The notes below the pieces were generated by a model, which was given only the letters and a program-made list of their open reading frames with translations, was not told the DNA's origin and did not search any database. 64,000 nt of DNA from NCBI GenBank assembly GCA_963674755.2, contig CAXXVS010000001.1:1024001-1088000 (forward strand), read 5' to 3'. The position numbers and the translations under genes were made by a program. This document shows, in pieces, positions 9,930 through 19,032 of the stretch. Source of the stretch: Desulfobacterales bacterium (GTDB lineage: Bacteria > Desulfobacterota > Desulfobacteria > Desulfobacterales > UBA5852). The number at the start of each line of letters is the position of its first letter. Within the stretch, counting starts at the first letter, position 1.

Positions 9930-10592
9930 ATGGAAGATAAAACGATATGTAAAACAATGCAGCACGAAATTGGCAAATTGGAGAGCGAAATTGTCGAACA
10001 TATGCGCAAGGAAAAAGCGCTTCAGGAGCAAAAAGAACAAGTTGAAAACGGGCACACAAGGCGGACGCTTAGCCTGATGAAAATTATCGAAGAGCTGCAG
10101 CATGAGATCCGTTCGTTAAGGAAAGCCGATCAAGATGAGCTAAAGCACGTTTCGCACGACCTTAGCGGGCGTATCAAGGAACTCAACACCCTCTACGACA
10201 TTTCCAGCCTCAGGAGCGGCACCAATTTTTCATTGGATCAGATTCTGCAAGCCGTTGTGGATTTTGTTCCCTCGGCAATCCCTTATTCCGAAAATGTCGG
10301 CGCACGCCTTCTCTTGGACCGTTATGTGTTCGCAACACGCAATTTTAAAGACACCAAATGGAAGCTCTCCCAAAACATCAGGATTAACAATGTGCCGCTT
10401 GGTGTTCTTGAAATCTGTTATCTGGAAGAGACGCCCAAACGCGATGGAGCGCTTTTTTTCATGGAGACCGAAAAATTAATGGCCGCCATTGCGGAAAGCG
10501 TCGCCCAGATTGTGGAGCGTGAATGGGCCGGAATCAAGATCAGGGATGGCTACACCAAAATCGATGCCTTGATCAAGTCGAAGCCGGCCTAA
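9930..10592 (+). CDS. Coiled-coil plus GAF-like signalling protein without output domain
   Basis: Coiled-coil N-terminus; RIKELNTLYDISSL and GVLEICY segments typical of sensor-protein GAF-like modules. Confidence 0.6.
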   Translation: MEDKTICKTMQHEIGKLESEIVEHMRKEKALQEQKEQVENGHTRRTLSLMKIIEELQHEIRSLRKADQDELKHVSHDLSGRIKELNTLYDISSLRSGTNFSLDQILQAVVDFVPSAIPYSENVGARLLLDRYVFATRNFKDTKWKLSQNIRINNVPLGVLEICYLEETPKRDGALFFMETEKLMAAIAESVAQIVEREWAGIKIRDGYTKIDALIKSKPA

Positions 10593-10751
10593 AAGTGGCC
10601 CGCACGCCACGTATGGGAAAACGAATTGACAAACCAAGGCGTTCCTGTATTTACTCACAAACCGCAGAGACGCAACCATCTCTTGCGGCTGTTGATGTCA
10701 CATTGTTGATGATAGCCGCTACCGGAATTCCATCCAGGGAGAACGACCGGG

Positions 10752-11675
10752 GTGAACAATCGCGTCTCTGCAGCGGGCGGCAAGGTCTGGTCCGGACTCA
10801 AGAGCACCATGCGTGCGGTTCTCGGCTATCCCAGGACCCCCTCGTCAAGCCCAAACGCCAAACGGCGATACGGCCTTCTGCCGTCTTCCCGATCACATTG
10901 CCATCCCCAAGATTCATCCTGCTGCCGATCCACCATTGCCGTTCTGCCCGATTTATGCCCGAGGCCTGTGGCGGTTTGCGACCGCGGCGGCGTCCATAAC
11001 CCGGATCCATCCGAACTGTTCCGCTATCTCAGTCGTCGGGGAAATTCCATCGACGATATCAGCCGGGCCAATGACATCTTGCGGATGCCGCGGGTTTTGC
11101 TGGAAGTCGGCTGCGGCAGCGGCGAGGCGGCCCGCCTGATTGCCGAGAAGAATCCCGACATGGGGATCATCGGCACCGACCTCTACGACTGCGACGGCGA
11201 TCCCGCCACGGGTTCCTTCTACGGCAAGATTGCCCGCTTGTGGTGCAGCCGCCAGCTGCCGGCCCAGCAGGATGCGCCCCCCAATCTGGTCTTCCTGCGG
11301 GCGGAGGCCGACCTGCTGCGCTGCCTGCCGGAGGCCGCTCTGGAGACCATCCTGCTGGTCAACCCTGAGCCCCTCATGGGGCAGGGCTTTATCCAGTTCC
11401 TTCAGGAGGAGGGAATCGCCGCGAAAACCAAACCGGGACCGAACCAGATCGTGATCCTGCCCTATTCCCGGGAACTGGGGGTAATGGCTTGCGGCGGGTT
11501 TTCCTTCGAACACGATCCGGACTGGTCCCGGGGCCTGGGCTACATTCTGGGCGGCGGCCTGTCCTTCCGGCGGGGGCTGCCGATCCAGTGGGGGGTGGAT
11601 TTGCGGCAGGTGTCGGCCTACACGGGGAATTCCACCCAGCGGGATATCTTCATCCACGGTGACATACCAAACTAA
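10752..11675 (+). CDS. Class I SAM methyltransferase, divergent TrmB-like (true start probably downstream)
   Basis: LLEVGCGSGE..AEKNPD.GIIGTD, NLVFLRAEA, ILLVNPEP parallel the TrmB motifs. Confidence 0.6.
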   Translation: MNNRVSAAGGKVWSGLKSTMRAVLGYPRTPSSSPNAKRRYGLLPSSRSHCHPQDSSCCRSTIAVLPDLCPRPVAVCDRGGVHNPDPSELFRYLSRRGNSIDDISRANDILRMPRVLLEVGCGSGEAARLIAEKNPDMGIIGTDLYDCDGDPATGSFYGKIARLWCSRQLPAQQDAPPNLVFLRAEADLLRCLPEAALETILLVNPEPLMGQGFIQFLQEEGIAAKTKPGPNQIVILPYSRELGVMACGGFSFEHDPDWSRGLGYILGGGLSFRRGLPIQWGVDLRQVSAYTGNSTQRDIFIHGDIPN

Positions 11676-12376
11676 GGCATGTCGCTATCACCCACCGGGC
11701 AGGCCAGTTCGCACAGGCGGCAGTAGGCGACTTTAAATTTGGTGGCCATGCCCACCACGGGCGAGTGCAGGGCGATGGGGTGGGCTTCGTTTGCTCTCAT
11801 CTGCCATTGGCAGCGTTCATGGATATAGGACCCGCCGGCAAAGGCGTCCTGGGGACAGGCGCCCAGGCAGGGGGCGGGGCATTCCTTGCAGGGCTCAAAC
11901 CCTCCCAGGGGCCCCGGCACCGGCAGGGAACGATTCAGCAGCAGTGCTCTTAACCGCACCCGAGGGCCGTATCGGGGCGTGATCAACAGGTTGTTGCGGC
12001 CCATGACCCCCAGGCCGGCCAGGATGGCCGCATCTTTGAGGAACACCCCGTTGCGGTCCACTTGATAAGGGAGCTCAAAGGCTTCGAGCGCAACTTTTTT
12101 CCGCATCCATTTCACCAGCCGGCGGTTGATATTGACCAGTCGGCGATTGCCGGGGGTCCCGCCTTGCCAGTTGTCCCACCAATCCATTTCAGGCTGCCCG
12201 GGGGGATGGACCAAGGCGAGCACCACCAGCGTGCCGTCGGAATGTTGCGGGAGGTGCCGTCGATGGTGTCGGTACGATGGGGAATTCAGCAGGGCGTCAA
12301 CAGGAACGAGCCCCACGCATGAGGCCCCCAATGCCATCGCCCGTCTGGTGATCGTTTGGCTGGTGACAGACGCCAT
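11672..12376 (-). CDS. Epoxyqueuosine reductase-like (QueG-like) Fe-S protein
   Basis: AILAGLGVMGRNNLLITPRYGPRVRL, CKECPAPCLGACP, CRLCELACP; start 12376 or 12403. Confidence 0.75.
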   Translation of the reverse strand: MASVTSQTITRRAMALGASCVGLVPVDALLNSPSYRHHRRHLPQHSDGTLVVLALVHPPGQPEMDWWDNWQGGTPGNRRLVNINRRLVKWMRKKVALEAFELPYQVDRNGVFLKDAAILAGLGVMGRNNLLITPRYGPRVRLRALLLNRSLPVPGPLGGFEPCKECPAPCLGACPQDAFAGGSYIHERCQWQMRANEAHPIALHSPVVGMATKFKVAYCRLCELACPVGDSDMP

Positions 12377-12701
12377 GAGCGATTTCCTCGTTTTCGAGCG
12401 CATGCCCGCCGGCACCCGCGTCAATGGAATCGCAAATGATAACCTAACCATTGGGTATCACAATCGGGCCACGGGTTCCATACCGTGCCTGCCGTTGACA
12501 GGCGATGGCCTGGTGCTAGGGCAGAGCTGATTTCTGCCGGCCGAGCCGGGTCGCGAAAAGGTCCCTTACGGAATGACGCTTGCCATGCATGGCGGCGCAC
12601 TGCTATGGGACGATTAGGAAGGCGGTTGCCTGACCGCTTCCGGCCATCAAGATCCGGGGATGAAAGCCTTTCCCCATCAAGTATAACCGAGGACGACACG
12701 C

Positions 12702-13172
12702 ATGAAGCTTACCGCCAAGGATTTGATGATCACCCAATTTCATACACTGTCCCCGGAAACGCCCGTCAGCGAGGCCGTTGACTTGTTCAAACGGGCCAGC
12801 GCCGAAGAAGGCCGCAAGATCTTCGGTTTGATGGTGATAGACGATCAAGGCCGCCTGGCGGGTATCCTGTCCATGTATGATATTCTGCTTTTCTTGCGTC
12901 CCAAACACATCCACATCTGGGGTGTTCTGGACGATATCGACATTTCGGGGCTCGTCGGCCGGGCCTGTGAAAAGACCAAAACCATCCGGGTGGGGGAGAT
13001 CATGACCCCGGAGGTTGTCACCATTACACCGGAAACCCACATCCTGATGATTCTCGATATCATGATCAAAAAGCATGTCCGCCGTCTGCCTGTGGTGGCG
13101 GACGGGAAGATCCAGGGCATCGTCTATATTTCGGATCTTTTCTACAATGTGCTCGATCGTTTCGTGGCCTAG
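12702..13172 (+). CDS. CBS domain protein (one CBS pair)
   Basis: AKDLMIT, VGEIMTPEVVTI, RRLPVV..GKIQGIV. Confidence 0.88.
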   Translation: MKLTAKDLMITQFHTLSPETPVSEAVDLFKRASAEEGRKIFGLMVIDDQGRLAGILSMYDILLFLRPKHIHIWGVLDDIDISGLVGRACEKTKTIRVGEIMTPEVVTITPETHILMILDIMIKKHVRRLPVVADGKIQGIVYISDLFYNVLDRFVA

Positions 13173-13183
13173 GGGACCCCGTC

Positions 13184-14068
13184 ATGCCCAAGTCCGATAA
13201 AACCACCCTCAGCGGCCTCGCGGTGGGCCAGGCCATGCGCCGCCAGACGATAAGCTTGGATCAGGCGACTTCCATCGGCAACAGCATCAACACCCTCATC
13301 AAGTACAAGGTCAATGCGCTTCTTACGACGGATCAGGACGGTGCCCCGGTGGGGGTGCTGTCCAAAACGGATATCATGGGCGCCTATTACGCCGGTCTTC
13401 CCATCGATTCGCCCCTGGAAGATATCATGAGCAGACCGCCCTTATTCTGCCGCCCGGACGATCCTTTGGAATCCGCTTTGGAAGCTATGCGTGCCAGCCA
13501 TGTTTATCGCCTGTTTGCCAGGGATGACCACCATCAGGTGGTGGGGGTTTTGGCCTATCCGGATATTGTGGGACTGCTTTACCAATACTGCCGGGATTGC
13601 GACTTCAGCCATGCTCGCCAAAAAAAGAAATCCGGTGCCGCCATCCGGCGTTTTACCGTGGGCGACATCATGACCAGGGACGTCCAGGCGGTGGCCGTGG
13701 AGGCGTCGCTCTTTCAGGTGATGGAAGCACTTTCGGCGTATCGTTTCGGGGCGATTCTCGTCAGGGACCGGGAAGCGACCCCCTGCGGCGTCATCTCCAA
13801 AACCGATCTGGCCCTCGCCTACAAACGGGAGATCGATAGCGGCGTCTCCGCCGGGTCCATCATGTCCTCCCCGGTGCAGACCTGTAGCGCCGACGATCTG
13901 CTGGAAGACGCCATCCGGAAGATGATTTTCTCCGATGTGCACCGCCTGTTTGTCCAGCAGTCCCACCCGGAGAATATTGTCGGTGTGTTCTCCCTCTCGG
14001 ATGCCGCCCGCATCCGCTCCGGTTCCTGCCAAGCCTGCATGAGCAGCCGTATTCAGCTGGACACATAG
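13184..14068 (+). CDS. CBS domain protein (two CBS pairs) with two CxxC motifs
   Basis: Four CBS repeats; CRDC and CQAC follow each pair. Confidence 0.85.
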   Translation: MPKSDKTTLSGLAVGQAMRRQTISLDQATSIGNSINTLIKYKVNALLTTDQDGAPVGVLSKTDIMGAYYAGLPIDSPLEDIMSRPPLFCRPDDPLESALEAMRASHVYRLFARDDHHQVVGVLAYPDIVGLLYQYCRDCDFSHARQKKKSGAAIRRFTVGDIMTRDVQAVAVEASLFQVMEALSAYRFGAILVRDREATPCGVISKTDLALAYKREIDSGVSAGSIMSSPVQTCSADDLLEDAIRKMIFSDVHRLFVQQSHPENIVGVFSLSDAARIRSGSCQACMSSRIQLDT

Positions 14069-14119
14069 CGTCCTGTCACGCATTGGGATATAGGTATAGA
14101 AACGCTTGACAGTAATGCT

Positions 14120-14650
14120 GCCGTAGAAGACGGCATCAGCGAGATAGCGGCGGGCGAGGCTGGCGAAGTCGTCATCAAAGGCCCTCAAATCATGCGGGGC
14201 TGCTACAATCGACCTGAGGATACTGCCGCTGTGCTGCGGGACGGCTGGTTGCATACCGGCGATATCGGCCGAATGGACAAGGAGGGCTTTCTGACGCTGG
14301 TGGATCGTAAAAAGGACATGATCATCGCCAGCGGCTACAACGTTTACCCCAACGAGATCGACGGCGTTCCCTGCGATCATCCGGATGTGCTTGAAGCCTG
14401 CACCATTGGCGTGCCCGATGCCTACCGCGGCGAAACGGTCAAGATCCTTGTCGTCCCCAAACAGGGCGCATTGTTGAGCAAGGAGGACCTTATCGCCTTT
14501 TGTCGCTCGCGCCTGGCCGCTTATAAGGTGCCCCGGCAGGTCACTTTCATCGACGAACTACCCAAAAGCGCTGTGGGGAAGATATTGCGGCGCAAGCTGA
14601 GAGAAAGGGAAGAAAGGACGGGTGAAAATAAAGGCGCCGCCACTGAATGA
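14120..14650 (+). pseudogene. C-terminal fragment of long-chain acyl-CoA ligase (FadD-like)
   Basis: GEVVIKGPQIMRG, GWLHTGDIG, DRKKDMII, LPKSAVGKILR present; the N-terminal AMP-binding portion is absent (frame closed by the CBS stop at 14066-14068). Confidence 0.8.
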
Positions 14651-14688
14651 AAAAGATAAAATAGCGTTCGTTTTGAAAAAGGCACTCC

Positions 14689-15045
14689 ATGAAAGAACAA
14701 ATCGTTTTTGGCGACCGGATGGTCCCCGTCACCCTGCCGGACAACGTCATCACGGCACTGCCGGGACTTTCCACAACCTTAGCGCCGCTGGACGATATTG
14801 CCGCTGAAATTCAACGGGCGCTGCAATCGCCCCTGGGGCGTCCGCCCCTGCCGGAGCTGGTCAAGCCGGGGGACAGGGTGACCATCGCTTTCGACGATCC
14901 CACGGTGCCCTGTTTCGCTCCGGTCTGGGAGCCGGCCATTAAACAGGTCATTGCCGAATTGGGCCGGGCCGGCGTCAAGCCGGCAGACATTCCCCAAAAT
15001 CCATATTGGACTTGCCATTGGGTCGGCCGCCGGATTAAAACGTGA
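14689..15045 (+). pseudogene. N-terminal fragment of LarA-like (nickel-pincer racemase, DUF2088) protein
   Basis: ALQSPLGRPPLPELVKPGDRVTIAFDDPT matches the LarA N-terminus; the ORF ends after 118 aa. Confidence 0.7.
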
Positions 15046-15080
15046 CCCGATAATGATGTCGACTGCAAATGAGGTGGATA

Positions 15081-16532
15081 ATGGAAGGACCGTTTAGCGC
15101 ATCGCTGTTTGTTGTTCTCCATGTGATGGTGCAACTGGGCCTGCTGGTGCGGGTCCTGCTGCGGCCCCACCGGGAGCCGGCCTCAAGGGTAGCCTGGGTG
15201 GTGGTGATTCTCTCTTTTCCGGTCGTGGGAATCGCCGCTTATATCCTCTTCGGCGAAACCAACCTCGGGCGGGCCCGTGTGGCGCGGATGCAGACTGTCC
15301 TGAAAGGCCTGCCGGATGTGGCGGCTTCTTCCGGCAGAGACGACACGGCCTTGCCCGGGGGCGTACCCCCGCAGTATGCCCATCTGTTCCAGCTCGGTAA
15401 AACCGTCAACGGCTTCGACCCGGTGGACGGCAACCGGGCCCGCCTGATGCCTGATTCCAATGCGGCCATCACCGCTATCGTGGCCGACATCGACGCCGCC
15501 CGGGAGCATGTCCACCTGTTGTTCTACATCTGGCTGCCGGACAACAACGGCTGCAAAGTTGTCGAGGCGTTAAAGCGGGCGGCCGCCCGCGGGGTAACCT
15601 GCCGGGCCATGGCGGACAGCCTGGGATCCCGCCTCATGATCCATTCAAAACACTGGCCGGAGATGCGCCAGGCCGGAGTGCGCCTGGCCAGCGCGCTGTC
15701 CATCGGCAATCCGCTGCTGCGGCCCCTCAAGCGCCGCATCGACCTGCGCAACCACCGTAAGATCGTCGTGATCGATCATGCCGTCACTTTCTGCGGCAGC
15801 CAGAACTGCGCCGATCCGGAATTTCGCATTAAAGCCAAATACGCCCCCTGGGTGGATGCCATGGTCCGTTTCGAGGGGCCCATCGCCCGGCAGAACCAGT
15901 ATTTGTTCGCCGCCGACTGGGGGGCCGAAACCGGCGAAGATCTGGGCCATCTGCTCAGCCGCCCCATCGATCCGCGGCCCCAGGGCTTTCCGGCCCAGGT
16001 GATCGGCACCGGGCCCACGGTGCGCTATTCGGCCATGCCCGAGATGTTCGAAACCCTGATGTACGCCGCCCGGCGCGAACTGGTGATTTCTACTCCCTAC
16101 TACGTGCCCGACGAGGCCATGCAGGCGGCCCTGTGCGCCAGCGCACGCCGCGGCGTGAAGACGACCATTATTTTCCCGGCCCGCAACGATTCCCGGATTG
16201 TGGGGGCGGCCAGCCGCAGCTACTACCAGGGGCTCCTGGCGGCCGGCGTTCACATCTTCGAATACGAAGGCGGGCTGCTGCACACCAAGTCGCTGACCAT
16301 CGACGGCGAGGTGACCCTGATCGGCTCCGCCAACCTGGACCGCCGCAGCTTCGAGCTCAATTACGAAAACAACATCCTGTTTTACGATCAGGCGTCGACG
16401 GCCGATGTGCGCCGGCGCCAGGCGAGCTATATTGCCCGATCCAGGCCGGTTACCCGCGAAACCGTGGCGGGCTGGACCTGGCGCCGCCGGCTCTGGAACA
16501 ACACCGTTGCCATGATGGGACCCGTGCTATGA
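15081..16532 (+). CDS. cls: Cardiolipin synthase
   Basis: Two N-terminal TMs; two HKD motifs (NHRKIVVID, LHTKSLTID); GSANLDRRSF. Confidence 0.93.
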   Translation: MEGPFSASLFVVLHVMVQLGLLVRVLLRPHREPASRVAWVVVILSFPVVGIAAYILFGETNLGRARVARMQTVLKGLPDVAASSGRDDTALPGGVPPQYAHLFQLGKTVNGFDPVDGNRARLMPDSNAAITAIVADIDAAREHVHLLFYIWLPDNNGCKVVEALKRAAARGVTCRAMADSLGSRLMIHSKHWPEMRQAGVRLASALSIGNPLLRPLKRRIDLRNHRKIVVIDHAVTFCGSQNCADPEFRIKAKYAPWVDAMVRFEGPIARQNQYLFAADWGAETGEDLGHLLSRPIDPRPQGFPAQVIGTGPTVRYSAMPEMFETLMYAARRELVISTPYYVPDEAMQAALCASARRGVKTTIIFPARNDSRIVGAASRSYYQGLLAAGVHIFEYEGGLLHTKSLTIDGEVTLIGSANLDRRSFELNYENNILFYDQASTADVRRRQASYIARSRPVTRETVAGWTWRRRLWNNTVAMMGPVL

Positions 16533-16773
16533 CGCGATGCGCTGTGGATGCATATGATTCCCTGCCTTTCCGATATGTGTGACACACCGACACGCCCGTA
16601 ACGGATATTTTTGTTTGCAAGAACGATTCGATATCCCGACAGACCATCTGAAGACAAAATTCTATTCGCCGTTCGAAGCGGCCGCGACTGCCGGCGGGCG
16701 CACCTTAAGGTCGATTCCGGCGTCAACCGGCTGATTTAATCGTAACGAAGGTATTTAATGAAAGGAAAATTCA

Positions 16774-18057
16774 ATGAAGCGGCTGACTTTGACGGTCCTG
16801 TGGTTGCTGCTCCTGCCGGCCGGGATGCTCTACGCGGCTGCCACCACCGGGGCCTACGACTACCCCTTCGTCGACCCCTATACGGCGACGGTCGTCGGGA
16901 CCCCTTCGTTTTATCGGGCCGACCTTCCCAAGGAAGTGCCGGTGAAGGACTACCGCCTGGAGGTCTTCGCGGACCGTCAAATCCCGGACCTCTTCTGGTA
17001 CAGCGAGGGTCTGCGGTTTTCCCTGGTACCCCGGAAGGAGCGAGCGCCTCTGATCTTCGTGATTGCCGGCACCGGGGCCAGTTACAAATCCCCCAAGGTG
17101 CAGGCGCTGCAGAAAGTATTTTACCAGGCCGGTTTCAGCGTCATCTCGATCTCTTCGCCCACCTACATGAACTTCATCATCAACGCCTCCGCCACCAAGG
17201 TGCCCGGCCACGTCATCCATGACGCGGAAGATATCTACCGGGTGATGGAAATGGCCTATCGGCAGGTGGCCGACCGGGTGGATGTCTCCGCGTTTTACCT
17301 GACCGGCTACAGCCTGGGAGGCACCCAGGCGGCTTTTCTGACGCGCCTGGACGATGCGCGGCAGGCCTTCAACTTCCAGAAGGTGCTGATGATCAACCCG
17401 GCCGTGAACCTGTTCAACTCGGTGGGCATCATCGATAAGATGCTGGCCGACACGGTGGGCAATGAGCCCGGGGCCTTCAACCGCTATTTGGGACGGGTCA
17501 TCCGGGCGTTTGTCACGGCCTTCGACCGCACGGAGCCCTTGGATTTCAACGAGGACTTCCTTTATCGGGTCTACAAAAAAAAGATTCCTACCAATGCGGC
17601 CCTGGAGAGTCTGATCGGATTCTCTTTTCGGATCTCCTCGAGCAACATGGTGTTCACCTCGGATGTCATGAGCGGCTACGGCCTGCTGGTGGCCCCGGGC
17701 ACCCGGCTCACCCAGACCACTTCGTTGACCGAATACCTGGGGGCCTCGTTGCACCTCACTTTCCAGGATTACTACGAACGCTATTTTTACCCGTTCTATC
17801 ACGCCGAAAATCCCATGCTGACCTCCGCGCAGCTCAAGCACGAGATGAGCCTGGAAAGCATTGCCCCCTATCTGCGCCGCACGGAGAAGATCGCCATGAT
17901 GACCAACAACGACGACATCATTCTGGCGCCGGGGGAGATTGACTTCCTGCAGGATACCTTCGGTGCGCGGGCGACCATCTGGCCCACGGGCGGGCACTGC
18001 GGCAACATGGAGCAGAAGGATGTCGTGGCCTTCATGGTGAGCTACTTCAAAAACTAA
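16774..18057 (+). CDS. Exported alpha/beta hydrolase (putative phospholipase, MlaY-like)
   Basis: Signal peptide; GYSLG nucleophile elbow; candidate Asp (NDDII) and His (GGHCG); adjacent to a VacJ-family gene. Confidence 0.75.
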   Translation: MKRLTLTVLWLLLLPAGMLYAAATTGAYDYPFVDPYTATVVGTPSFYRADLPKEVPVKDYRLEVFADRQIPDLFWYSEGLRFSLVPRKERAPLIFVIAGTGASYKSPKVQALQKVFYQAGFSVISISSPTYMNFIINASATKVPGHVIHDAEDIYRVMEMAYRQVADRVDVSAFYLTGYSLGGTQAAFLTRLDDARQAFNFQKVLMINPAVNLFNSVGIIDKMLADTVGNEPGAFNRYLGRVIRAFVTAFDRTEPLDFNEDFLYRVYKKKIPTNAALESLIGFSFRISSSNMVFTSDVMSGYGLLVAPGTRLTQTTSLTEYLGASLHLTFQDYYERYFYPFYHAENPMLTSAQLKHEMSLESIAPYLRRTEKIAMMTNNDDIILAPGEIDFLQDTFGARATIWPTGGHCGNMEQKDVVAFMVSYFKN

Positions 18058-18069
18058 AGGGAGACCCTC

Positions 18070-18849
18070 ATGCACTGTCCCTCGAAGGTACGGAACTGGA
18101 TTTCGCTTGTCGCCGCCGTCGTTCTGATGACGCTCGTTTCCGGCGGCGTGGCGCTGGCCCAGGAGGAGCCCGAGGCGCGCAAATTTACCGATTCCACGGA
18201 TCCGGAATACGAAAGACCTATGGCCAACTACGACCCCTGGGAGGGGTTCAACCGGGCCATGTACAAGTTCAACTATGGCTTCGACACCTACTTTTTCATA
18301 CCGGTGGTGAACACCTACCGCTTCATCCTGCCGCAGGTGGTGCGCACAGGTATCGCCAATTTTTTCGACAATCTGTATGAGCTTCGCAACGTGGTAAACA
18401 ACCTGCTCCAGGGCGATGCCGAGGGAACGCTCAATTCCACCGCCCGCATCGCCTTCAACACGACCATCGGCCTTGCCGGGGTGCTGGACCCGGCCACGCC
18501 CATGGGGTTTCCTGCAATCAAAGAGGATTTCGGCCAGACCCTGGGAAAATGGGGACTGGGGCCAGGGCCCTATCTCGTGCTGCCGTTCCTGGGGCCATCC
18601 AGCGTGCGCGACGGCATCGGCACCGGTGTTGACGCCGCTATCGGCACGGTCTGGGTGACGTGGGTTATCGACGAAGTGTACACCAACACCGGGGACCGCG
18701 ACACGCTCCGCTGGGGGCTTACCGGCCTCTACTACATCAGCGAGCGGTCCCGCATCCCGTTTCGCTATTACAGCACCGGCTCACCCTTCGAGTACGATTA
18801 CGTGCGCTTCATCTACCTGAAGTATCGCCAGATCGAAATCGAGAGATGA
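18070..18849 (+). CDS. VacJ/MlaA-family protein
   Basis: DPWEGFNRAMYKFN, EDFGQTLGKWG, GPYLVLPFLGPSSVRD. Confidence 0.92.
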   Translation: MHCPSKVRNWISLVAAVVLMTLVSGGVALAQEEPEARKFTDSTDPEYERPMANYDPWEGFNRAMYKFNYGFDTYFFIPVVNTYRFILPQVVRTGIANFFDNLYELRNVVNNLLQGDAEGTLNSTARIAFNTTIGLAGVLDPATPMGFPAIKEDFGQTLGKWGLGPGPYLVLPFLGPSSVRDGIGTGVDAAIGTVWVTWVIDEVYTNTGDRDTLRWGLTGLYYISERSRIPFRYYSTGSPFEYDYVRFIYLKYRQIEIER

Positions 18850-19032
18850 TCCTTCTGCCACAAGCCCTTCGGCTGGCAGGCGCCCTTTTTCAAAAAGACC
18901 CGTTTCTATTTCAAGACCGACGATTTAAACAGGTTGCCTTGACTCGCAGAGGCCGACGCCTCTATAAGTTGCCATTGAGCAAGGTATCTTTGGACACCTC
19001 GGACCGTCTATTGCGACCCTGGAGAACTTTCG

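Noticed and set aside
11672..12376. Reductive dehalogenase
   Set aside because: It is too short, has no Tat signal and has no rdhB anchor gene; QueG-like fits better.
12501..12540. Fluoride-riboswitch-like GGCGATGG...GCTGAT
   Set aside because: There is no complementary TCGCC for P1 and no pseudoknot partner.
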